A stretch of DNA of 39,042 nucleotides from Catajapyx aquilonaris (lineage: Eukaryota): assembly GCA_000934665.2 (NCBI GenBank), contig JYFJ02003663.1, forward strand, positions 1-39,042, written 5' to 3'. Shown in pieces: positions 13,901-25,900 of this stretch. A program made the translations under genes and the position numbers. Every line of letters begins with the position of its first letter. The stretch's first letter is position 1. Under the pieces are notes generated by a model, which was given only the letters and a program-made list of their open reading frames with translations, did no database searches and was not told the origin of the DNA.

Positions 13901-16900
13901 TTTTGAGAAACTAGCCAGTATGTAAAAATCAACCCGGCGGAAAAAAATGACCGAGACAGTTTCCTGCCATTAAACCCACCTAAGTGCATTGATAATATGC
14001 AAATGAACTCCCTTTTTTTCTATTGTGACCTAGAGGTAAAAGCAAGTAGTAACAGAATGAAGGGGTTGTATCACAGGGACAACCAAGGTTGGAAAAAATG
14101 GAGAGAAAAACAACGTGTTGAAACCCTTAGGCCCAGTTGTTATTTTGAGTGGGGAACAGCTCCCGTTTCCTTAGTATAACTATACACTGTATAAGTAAGC
14201 CTTCTTGCTCGAAAACATAAAATAATCTCCTCCCTTCAAGCACCTGGCGTGTCACCCCCTTGGTGTTTAGAGGTGGGGGTGAGGTTTAAAAGGCCGCCAT
14301 ATGCCAGCTGCCTGCCTCGTAGAAAGACGGGTTCAAGTGACTGCTGGTTGTTTCCTGCTGACTCCCCCACCGCCTCCTCCTGGCCCAGGCCCGCCCCGGG
14401 GCAGAAGCAGACTGGACAGATTTCTTTACAATGGATGGCGGCCTTTTGAAGTGGCTACATTTTGCTATTATGCGGGATTAAATACCTGGGAGTAAATGTC
14501 CATTTGGCTCGTTTTAAAACGGTTGTTGCCCTTTTATGGTTATTGAATGCATTATTATGTTATGGAGCGTGAGATCATGAAAAGCGTGCGTAAAACCGAG
14601 CCGGTTGTAAAACGGCTATTTTTACTGGTGAATAGTTTATAGTACTGCACACGATGTCGCGACGTAGCTGAAAAATCAACATTTAATTTGGAAGCATCTA
14701 GACGCAACAACATGTAATTAATTTTTGAGTCGTAAATATGCAGATTTTGACGTGCCTGTCGGGAGGAAATGTGCTGTATATTATACGAACGGTGTTTTCC
14801 CCTTGTCAGAAGAGAAATATGAAGCATGTCTCAGAATTAGTCGGCTGGAAGTATTCGTATATCGTCAAAGTTGGAATCCGTTCAAAAGGAAGGGTCGTAA
14901 CATTCCACAGGAGCAACCGCGAATTCCGGCATGTTCGACTGGGGTGTTAAGTGCACCAGCATCAATGATTCGGGAGTCGAGCGACCAAATAATTAATTAC
15001 TCGAGAACTCCAGGAGGGGAGAAACTGTAAACTGCACGTAAAACTATGAATCTTCTTAAGTTGGATCACTTCCTGCTCATATACCAATTGTTGTGAACAA
15101 TTTGGATATTGAGTTTCACTGGCGATGTTCGAACTTGGTGAATAGCTGAAAGCGTGCTGATTGACATGGCCGTAGATTGTTAGAGCACGAGCCATGTGCA
15201 GGCAAAGGGCTTTTGAAGCAACACCTGGCACAGGAAGGGACTCGATCCCGAAATCCCAGTCTTCAAGGGCAGGCTTTTTTCTTTTCTTGCTTTTTAACTG
15301 GCCACCATCTGCTGCCTTTTCTTACTATCCGACACTATAGACTGTGATTTGCATTGAATCTTGCTGCGTTTGGTACGTTGCATGGAGCTGGCAAGATGTG
15401 CTCCTTTGTTTCCGTTGGACTGGACGGAGTGCATGTCTCCTAAGGGTTTTTTTTTTTTTTTTACTTGTCCTTCGCAACTGGTCTTGTCAGTTTCATCTGA
15501 TGCTAACCAGCCACTTTGCTAGTTTTTGCTGGCTGTGTACACTGCAATGTTGATAAAAGTTTGCCATACCCGCCCCTTGCCCAATGACAACTTCGTGTGG
15601 GACTGCACCCGTTATTGTACAGCGTCTTTAAGAAAATTATGTAATTGTGGCAGATGCCGAGTGTTTTCATTTCCGGGATGAGTGGCGTGAAGGACATGGT
15701 GTCGTGATTGTCCAGGGGCTTGTACTAAGCAAGGTGTTAGGTGCAATCAAGTTGGGGCAGGTGCAAAAGTGAGATGCGATTGATGAGGCTGCATTACGAC
15801 AGGGTAGGCACACCTGCTGCTACCTGCGTTGACCAGGTGGGACCGACAGGGTGCGGACTCTTACGTTGCAAGAAAAAAAAGAAGAAACAATTGGACAGCC
15901 CGAGAGTGTGAAGGATGCAGTCATGTAATGACCCAATGGGGCTGATTAGTAATTGGGGGGTTGAAAGATGGGGCATGAAAAAGACCAGGCCTTGGGGCCT
16001 AATAAGTCTGGCATGATTAGTGTCGCTGCCATTCCTCTAGCTTGCATACCACGGCCACTTCTGGCTGGGAATGCGCTTATCTCATCACGTACGGTCTCGC
16101 CACATTGCTAAATGCACGGGGGATGTTTCACCTGCAGCCGATCGTTATTTTATCGAGTTAGTTTCGATTGCGGGTATCAGTTTTGTCCAGCACTTGGCCA
16201 TGTTTATTACTTCATGCCAGTAGACTATTATTATTCTGAAAGTCAACAACCTGGAAAAGTGCGTAATGGCCAGTGCTTGGGCCAGTGTACGCCCAGACCA
16301 TAAAGATAAGTTTTTTTCTGGCAGCGGAAACTAGGCGCTGGCGAATAAATATCCGCCTGATTCATCACCCATGTTCAACCGCACATGCTGGTTTGTTCGA
16401 TGTCAAGGGTTCGTTAACAAAAATGCTGTGCAATAAAAACAATGCGGGCTCTTGGTGTTGAAAATGATGTATTCAGGGCGGGTGACAAAGCAGCAGTGAC
16501 CATACAACATACTCTTAATTTTAGTAGCAGGAAAAGCAATGGGAGTACAAATGATGCTGCCGGTCGAACAGTGCACTGCAAAATCATTAATTACACATGA
16601 TGGATTCTGCGGCTAAAGGAAATGGGGCTGATTACGTCACGCAATTTTGCGCGGTCACTACGATGTATGCAGCTGTCCTGTTTATTTATAATTCACTTAT
16701 GCACACCGTGCCTAATTATCGTGCATTGATTTGAAACGCTGAATCAGCGCCTGCAGGATAGACCGCGTTGCGAGCAAGGGTGGCGTGTGGTTTGCGGATA
16801 GTCCAGGATCGGACTCGAGCACTGATTTAGTGTCTGGTAAATACATTGTGTAGTTTCCGGTGGGTATAGGAAGGTTTGAGTGTTTGTGAAAGGGGCACGT

Positions 16901-19900
16901 GGGCCTGTCTGCCTCCTTTTCCTGATGGCAGCTTCAAGGCAGCAGCTGCTGTGGTCTCTAGGAGGGAGACGTGGCCCAAGAAAGGAGAGCTTGCTGGACA
17001 TCTGCTCTTCTGGGCGCTCACACCTGCTTGCCGCTGATCTGGAGGACTTGACCGACATTTATGGCGCACCCCCGATTACCACATAAGACGCGACTAGACT
17101 CATACCGTTCATTGCAGTACTGGGAATGACATGTCGCAATTATACCGGGGATTTCAGTACGAACAGATGCTTGGACTTGCATTTTCACTGGTGAAATCAC
17201 GCCATCAAGCAAGGTGTGAAAAGTAGGCTGGACAGTAATAGGATAATATGTATTTTGCGATGCGGTAATTCGTGATGGGTGTATTCGCGTGAGTTAGATA
17301 CTCCCAGCACCTGCCTCTGCATATTGCTGTAAACACACTTTTATATATATATATATATATTTCGCGAGTTTTTTTTTCGGGAACAGGTGCGGCGTGGAAG
17401 ATCTTGGCAAAGATTTGGCGATAGTTTCCTGCTGAGGGGTGAACGCGCGATAATGGTTAAGAAGGCGCTTGTTGTGTGTGATAGGGTATGGCCCGTCAGG
17501 GATTGCCATGGGCGTGCATGGACACAAGAGATGAGCAGGTCTGAAGGAGGGAGGGAGAGAGAGCCCTGAAAAGAGCAGGATAATAAAAGGGGGGCAGCTG
17601 CAAAGAAGGAGTTTTGTGGAGAGGAGGAGGAGGCCTTGGGAGGATTGGGTGGATGGCAGTGGGGTGGGGTGGATGGAGGGCGCGTGCGGGCAGCGCAGGG
17701 TTGGGTCAGTCAGTCGGGTGTTGGTTGTCGTTGACGGTGGTTGTTGTTGGTGGTAGGTGGTAGTGCGACAATGCCGGTCAGCAGCAGCCTCCTGTGCGGT
17801 ATGGGTGGGATGGCGGGGACATCCGGGGCCAGGTCGGGCGAAGGCGCCAGGAGACACAGGCGACAGGGGGGAAGCACCAAGGCCAAGAAGATTGGGCGGA
17901 GGACGAGGTGTGCTGGGTCGCTCCAGCAGACTAGACATGTGCCGCTATCGCCCTTGCTCCTACAGCTTATCCAGCTTGTGAGTTTACACTCTGATACCTT
18001 CCGTTCTGCTCAACCTTTTATGTGGCGGTGCGTGAGGTCAATTATCCGGATGCATCATTTTGCGGATGGGTTATGTGATATTCAAGAGATTGAATATTGC
18101 AGGCGGTTAGCAATTTGTATATACCTATGTAGAGAACTGGGTAGTACACTTGTGGCTGAATTAATATCGTGCATAATTTCTGAGTTTTGCTCGGATTTTC
18201 TGGATTGCCTGTAGGGCGCCTTTAGCCTGGGCTTGTGGAAGAGCAACAATATGGTGGACATTATTGGACAAATCTGCAGGTCCGTGATGTCGGTGCACTT
18301 CAATATGACAACTGAATGGATCCTTCGTTTACATCATCGTCTTGTACCGTAAACTTGGTGCACGGCATCCGGCAATAGTCATTAATAACAATATTTTAAA
18401 AAGTCGTCGCGGTCAGTGCACTTCAGTCTAGCACAAATTGTTTATCTCGATCGAGCACATATTACACTGTTATCCTGCTCATCTTTGCGGTGCACAGCTT
18501 TAGTTAACTGTATGGCGCCTCCCCAATTTGGTTCACAGCAATGTGCTAAACACAGCTGCGAATGTGGTTTTTGGCTCATCTTAATTCCTGGAAGTGGGCC
18601 ACTCAGTGCATCATAAAACCCTCCTTGTGCACATACATGCGTGTTGTGAATTCGATGTCCCACAGGCGATTGAAGGGAGAGGCTGAGAGATGCCAGTCTG
18701 CGTGAAAAAGGCAAGTCGAACGGCGCCTTGACTCAGACCTTGGAATTCGCCAGAAGCCAAAAAAAAAAAAAAAAACCCAGAGAGAAAAGAATAGGCCAGG
18801 AGAAAAAATGTGGTCAGGCATTTCCCCCATCATTCTCAGTCAGCTTTTTATAAATTCCATTGGTATGCACTTATGATCTTTACATCGGATTTCTATTTCT
18901 TTGTTTGAGGATTAGTGGCCTCGTTTTTTGGGGTCGAGCGCGTGTGGGGGACGGTGTCCACGTGGGAGGCCACCGCCAGAAAGTACGAGCCTGCCTTTAT
19001 AAATACGGGGCATAATAACGTGCGAGGGTGGGCGTCGAACCAGACAGACCCTCGTTGTTGTCCCGTAATCACGGCTAATCCCCTATTTTTTTGTGTGGGG
19101 TGTGCCTGCGTGGAGTTCCGATTGCTGGCCAAGAACGTTCGGCAACACCGGTGACACACACTCTGGAGGGACCTTACCCCTTCTACACCCCCATTTGCAA
19201 GCTGACTCACAGCACGCTTCAAAAGTGACATGTCCATGTTTCGCCCTGGAGTCAGTTAGCATTCAGATTGGCTGAAAAAAAATATATGGAAATGAATTAA
19301 TTCCGCCCTACCACCCCGGTCCTGTCCTGTCCCGTGGGACCCCCTGCCGGTGTTCGTATGGAGAGATCTGACAGATTCGAGCGATGCTGTGAATGGACCG
19401 TGTATACTTTTCCCTGAGCATATGACGCATGCATGTAGGGAGGGCAATTAGGGCTTGTGTGAGTCAGGGGAGGTTGATTAGTTAGCATTGTAGAAACCTC
19501 CATTGATTTTTTTTTTTTAAAAATATAACAGTTCAGATGGTCATTGGCCGTATAAATGAGACGGTTGGAATTGAAGCAGCTTAAGGTGCGAATGCACGAA
19601 CACAGACCTTTCCTGCCAATTTGATTAGGGGTTGGCCCTAATTGGCGACATGAATAATTTCCTAGATGTCTCTCCTTCGCATTATTACGGCTAATCTAAT
19701 TCTAGGTTCGTGAGCCCGCCATTCAGGTGAAATATTGACGAATCGTGTCACATAGTGTAATTTTTGTGGCCGGGGAAATGACTCGCTTGAAAACACATGC
19801 ATCCTCGTTTGCATTATGACAGGTAATTAGGTGGGTTGAAGTTAGGGACAGGCTATCTCACCCGTCTGTTTCCATTCCCCCTCCAAAAAATGGTCAGTGA

Positions 19901-22900
19901 GAGGAACAGATGAGAAGGAGGAAGTTGGTCGGTTAGGAGGGGAAACGGGGCTTGGCTCTGGGAGGGGCACTTTTCCTAGGGGGATTTTATTCTTTTATTG
20001 GCTTGGGGCTGGGTTTTGGGGGGCTGGGCCGGAGACCCCTGGGCTGTGCCATACATCTCGAGCGGTACAGCCATCAATCCAGTGCCAGACTTTTTCGACC
20101 GAGGGTCGGGCACTCTCTGGAGGCTTTGTTCGCGGGGTGACGCCGTGCTCAATTGCGCTGACAAATAAGTGAAGAGTGTTGGGCAGTGCTTTTCAGTGCT
20201 GGTGTGTCAGCGGAGTTGTAGAGAGAGGAAAAAAACCCTTGCGGTGCGATATGACGGCGGACGTTTCGGATGAGGATGTTGACGAGGGCATAGCTGTGGT
20301 AAGTCAGGGGCGTTGACCACTGTACATGGCCAAGAATTTGTAACGGCTAGACCAGGCTCGTGTCGGGTACTACTGCACCGGAGTAATATGTGGCAACAGG
20401 GCTATAACCAAGTGAGAGGTCCGAGGGCCCACTCACACGCACTCGCTCATACTACGTACACACCACACACACTGAGAATAGATTATGTTGTGGGCATCCC
20501 AGGGGCTCATCACGTGGTATCCATGGAAACGATGCGGGGAGCAGCGAACTTTGAGCCGGTGGTGGCCCCCACCGACACAGGGCCAGGCTGTACAAAGACA
20601 GGGGCTTCAAAAGCATGCTGCTCATCAGCAGTAGATATGAGGTTCAAAGGCTGATCCATTCAGTGGACACTGTATAGCTCAATGGGATGACCTGAAGTGT
20701 CTGGTCAACTCGGGCGCTGCTTCAAAGGGGCTCTCTTGTGATGAATACTCGGGCCGTATTGTAATTACAAAGGATTTAAATGGTCTCGCGGTTGTTATTA
20801 CCTGCATGGAAGACTCCCGAAAATTTTAAAAAAAATGGTTCATTGTGTTATTAGGATAAAAGTGTGGTTAGGAAAGGGTATAATAGGGAGTGAAGGGATG
20901 ACATTGACCTGACAGTGAGGTAGAACAATAGAGAAGAATAAGAAGAGCAGGTGGAGCTTGACATGTATGGTTTGCCTTGGGAAAGGAGATAAGCAGCTTC
21001 CGGTCAGTAATATGGGTGGGTCAGTTGGCACAGAACACACACACGCATGCATGCTCAGTAACCAGGATTGGCGTGCATGTGTGTTCATATAGGGGGAGAA
21101 GGATTTATGTGGGGACAAGCTTTTGAGTGGGGGGGCAGGTGGTTAGGTGTTCAAGGCCCCCAATGCAATTTGCATCTACTCTACCTCCCTCCCTCACCCG
21201 CAGATCCCTTCCTTTATTGTAGCTAATTACTTTGGCAAGGTTACACTACTGAATGTTGCAGAGTCGACTCCAAAATTTGAATTTTTAAACAGTGGGATGG
21301 GGGACTGATTTCCATGATACACGGCTTCTGGACTGTAATCAAGAAGCATGGGATGACAACGCCTCTGGTCTTTTTTTTGCAGGGTTTGGACAATGTTAGT
21401 TCCAGCCGGCCCCAGTCGTCCTCCTGTTCGGAGCAGATGTACCCAAATCCGCCTCGGATTGATAGCTACAGATTTTCCATGGCCAATCTGGAAGGTAAGA
21501 ATGGTTGGAAGAATTCCAACTGCTGCTGTGACCGCCTCTGACCTATAAGGCTGGCAAACCACAATCTGACGATAATACTTCTCATGACAGATTCACAAGA
21601 TGTGGAACTGGATGCCATTCTGGGCGAACTGTGTGCTTTGGGCAGCCAGTTTGAGCAGGAGATCAATCTGAAATGGTCAGGATCAACCATAGTCCCATCT
21701 GTCACAGGTGAGTCCATTCTTTACTCGGTCAGACTCTGCTCTACCCATTTCTGGTTTGCTGCAATAAATATATATTTCAGATGGGGGACACCAGCCAATG
21801 TCTTCTTCCTCATTGAGTGCTCAGCATCAAAGAACCCATTCCAGGTCGTCATCTGGAGGGCAGAGAGTGAAGTTTGACCCTAATAGTCTCAATATAGAAG
21901 TAGAAGGAATGACAAAGAGTGACTCAGGTTAGCTATTGCTTGTGGCTATGGGCCTTGGGCTGAATGTGACGCAAGACATGCTTTGTATTTGCAGGTGTTC
22001 GCACAGAGAGTCCCGACAATGATTCTGCATTTTCGGACAATGTGTCAATGTTATCCAGTGAAAGCTCTGCCTCCAGTGGAGGTAGCGGTGGGAGGGGAGA
22101 GGCACCCAAAGGGAGTGGTGCCCCTCCATTTTTAAGTGCCAATTCACAGGTCAGTATTTTTTTACACTGCATTAGTTGTTGGTAGCATATATCATTTCAC
22201 ATGATCATTGTTGTACAATTCCTGTAGCTGGGTTTGATGTGTTTTAGTTTGCTTACGTTTTGTCGGTGTTCATATTTCCGGGTGTTATAGTTGTTGGCTG
22301 AAGCGGACTAATCCATGGATTTCATTTAAATCAGAGTAAAAATGGTTTTAGCTTCATATAGTACACTTTTGTGCATATTAGTGCTTCTTTTACCTTGTAA
22401 TACATTATCAAAGGTTTCAATGCACTTGACTAACTGTATGTAACACAGAGTATTGTTTAGAATTTTTTGTTCTTCAGTAGGGCTCTATGTTTGGTTTGAA
22501 AAGAACACTGCTGTGGTAGACTTTTGTTCTTGTTGTTTTGTGATAGTTGTAACTGATAGTTTTGCATGTCTTCCAATCCAACTCCAATGCATGTTTTCCT
22601 TTCTCACCCAATTTGGTGGTTGGCTGGGCTTCAGTTCGCTGTAGACGTGAGCGCTCGTCTCTGTGAATTACTCCACCAGATTAACGAGATGCCATTTGTA
22701 AGTGCTGCTTCTTTATTTGTTTACCTGCTTTGCACTTGTTTTGTGCTGGGGACAATTCATATCCTCATAATATGTGGTTGTAACTTCGTAGCACCTCATG
22801 TTATAAATTTGATCATGGTGATAGCATAACTAATTAATTAATAGGCACAAGCTTTCTTTGCCACACAACTGTGAATTAAAGTCATGCTCTTTTTAGACTG

Positions 22901-25900
22901 TTCAATCTTGATCACTTCGATTAATATATCTATTGTTCATGGTGAAATGAAGGCGGACCAAGCTGCTCGCCTGAAAGCAGAGAAGATACGTATTGCCCTA
23001 GAGAAGATAAAAGAAGCTAATGTGAAGAAGCTGTTCATCAAGGCATTCATGACAGACAACAGCACCAAGTCACTCCTGGTTGACGAGAAGATGAGTGTCC
23101 TCTATGTGACCAGGCTTCTGTCTGACAAAAACCACGTCCGGATGGATCCCAAGTGGGGCTTGGTGGAGCACCTGCCAGAACTCTACATGGGTAAATAATT
23201 TTGGTGTAAATTTTCCCATGCAAGCTTGTTCCCTGCCCCAAAAGAACATCATATCACACTTTTAAAAATACACTTTTCTTCTCCACCAGAACGAATATAT
23301 GAGGACCATGAGAATCTGGTGGACAACCTCTTGATGTGGACAAGGGATTCAAAGAATAAGATTCTGTTCCTAGAACGTCCAGACAAGTGCGACCTGTTTG
23401 TTCATCCTGAGAGGTACCTTCTCAGTGGAAGCTCATCAGAGAGGGATCGGGACTTGGAGGATGATGCCAGAGCCACCCTTTTGGAAGAGTTCTTCTCTAG
23501 TGGTGGGGTTCCAGAGGTTGAAGGTCCACTTTTCCTGAAGGCGGAAGGGAAAAAAGTGTGGAAGAAGTACCATTTTGTGCTCAGAGCATCAGGGCTTTAC
23601 TACTGGCCCAAGGGGAAGTCCAAATCTGCCAGGGACCTGGTGTGCCTTGCAACTTTTGAAGTCAACCAGGTTAGTGCCAGATTCACTGAAAGGTGGTGGT
23701 GTCAGCTTCCCTGGATGTGTCATCGAAGCATGAAAAAGTAATGAGAATAAAGAGTTAGTGACAAAGCTTTTATGTGCAGGTGTATTATGGGATAAACTGG
23801 CGGAAGAAGTACAAGGCTCCAGCAGATTTCTGCTTTGCAATCAAGCATCCTCAGCTGCAGGCCAAGTCCTCCAAGTACATCAAATACCTGTGCGCAGAAG
23901 ATGACATGACTTTGGCCCAGTGGGTCATGGGAATCCGCATTGCCAAGCATGGCAGACTTTTGATGGACAATTACCGTGGAATGATGGATGACCTAGCCCA
24001 AGAGGACATTGACCAACTGGCCAGTGCCAGGAGTTTCTCTGTCAACTCAGTTGCTGCCCCCAGGACCACCATTGGGGTACAGGTTCCGACCCCAGAAGGG
24101 GAACCACAAGGTAAGAATGTTAGCTTAGTGGTTCTGCACTTTTTAGGGCCCTTTCTGTGTGTGTGCAATTTTCTAAATGTCCATAAGACCAGCGATTGGT
24201 TTCAACAAGATCCAGACTCCAGAACCTGGCCCTAAAAAGTGCGGGACTTTTGTATAATTGTGCTACTGGGGCTGCTTATGTGCAACTGTTGGGTTGTCTC
24301 TTGCTTGAAAAGCAATAGCAGGAATGGGCAAGCTGGACACAATAAGGAGTCGGGGCAGCAGTTCAGGGTCAGCTTCTGGGTCAAGTGGGTGCCTGAGTGA
24401 GAGGTCAAGCACCAGTACTCCTACCTTCGAGCATGTGTTTGAGAGCGACTTCCCAACCGGGACCATCAAGAGAAAGCCATCAGTCACACCTAAAATACCA
24501 CTCACCACCACGACCAGGCTGCTGGTGAAAGAGGTTGAGGACGCTGTCGATGGTGAAGTGGATGCCAGTGGGAATATTGGTCGAAATGCAGCAGTGAGGC
24601 AGAGCTTTAGGAGGTCACTTACAGATGACTTGAACACTATAAGGCGGAAAAGTGCTGAGCTGGCTGGAACCCTGAAGAAGGGGCAGAGTGTCAAAGTGCA
24701 GAATGGGCCATCTAAGGCAGAATCTGCATTGGATCTGGACTCATTGCCTCCTCCTCCACCAGAATTCACCTCAGATGACCCTGACCCAGAGTGCCTGCCT
24801 CCCCCACCACCAGAGTTTTTTGATCCCATGACAGCCAGTTGCACATCCATAAACTCCCTACCGCCGCCGCCAAGCCCAGAGCCACAAATGGTGTGTAACA
24901 ACAGGCCACAGTCACCCTTGCCGCCGCCGCCACCTCCACATGCACACCATGAACCACCACCCCAGCAACCTATGCCACCACCAGTACCTCCACACCAGAC
25001 ACAGTACACCCCACAATATGGGGTGCACCAGCCACCTAAGGTGCTTCCAAAGCCGCCCAAGAACGACTATGCCTATTCATCTGCACAACCTCCAATCTAC
25101 AGGTATAGTTTGGGAACCAAATGCTTTGAATATATTTCCTGCAGTCAGTTTGAATTTTAGCTGTAGCATTTAATTTTTTAACATTAATATTAATCATTCT
25201 TGACTGCTGCAATATTATTTTTATGGATTGGTGCATGTTTTTACATATCGAAATTAACATAAGGGCCAAATATGAATTGTGGAGTTAATCAGGGGAACCT
25301 ATTGAAAATATCTTACCATGGTAGTTACCTCGTAGTTACCTCCTTAATCTAGCATACGGCTCAAAGCATTGGTTAGATGGTCTTACCAGATGTTTCATGG
25401 AATTCGTTTTATTTCAGTCAAGTGAGGAAGACGAGCCTTCCGCCTGACTATCCCCAGTCTAGTCTCCCCCCTCCTCCACCCCCACCTCACCAGTCCATCC
25501 CTCCCCAATCCTCCCCTCACCAATCCTCCCCTCACCACCTTCCTCCTCTGCCACCAATACCTCCTCCAAAGAAGATCTCTTTTGCAGAGGATGTTCCTTA
25601 CCCCCATGGCACCCCAATATCTCCAACCCTTCAAATGAGACCCATCAAACCTTTACCACCCAGTCCTCCAAGGAGAAACGACAGTACCAAGCTATCCACT
25701 GCTCCTGGCATTGCCCCAGCTCCCCCTACCAGTCCGAAGAAGTTGACTGCACCCAACTGCACTGTCACACCCCCAAGAGAATTCTTGAAGGACCTGCAGA
25801 GGGTCATGCAGAAAAAGTGGCAGGTCAGTTTTCTTCCCTTACGATATTTCCAATGCTAGCATGCTTGCATTGCTTAGAAGTTTGGGGAGGGTGGGAGTGT

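Noticed and set aside
14301..14495. Pro-rich short ORF as an alternative MRL first exon
   Set aside because: The nearby GTAAAT donor is phase 2, incompatible with the phase-0 exon at 21383.
16880..17130. Possible extra MRL exon (LLAADLEDL; RLDSYR in another frame echoing exon 2)
   Set aside because: Both frames hit stops before any good phase-0 donor; the similarity is too short.
24263..25060. 265-aa minus-strand ORF
   Set aside because: Antisense shadow of the proline-rich MRL exon (poly-Gly from poly-Pro codons).
25321..25342. 11-bp tandem duplication gtagttacctc
   Set aside because: Simple intronic slippage or footprint; nothing else supports a function.
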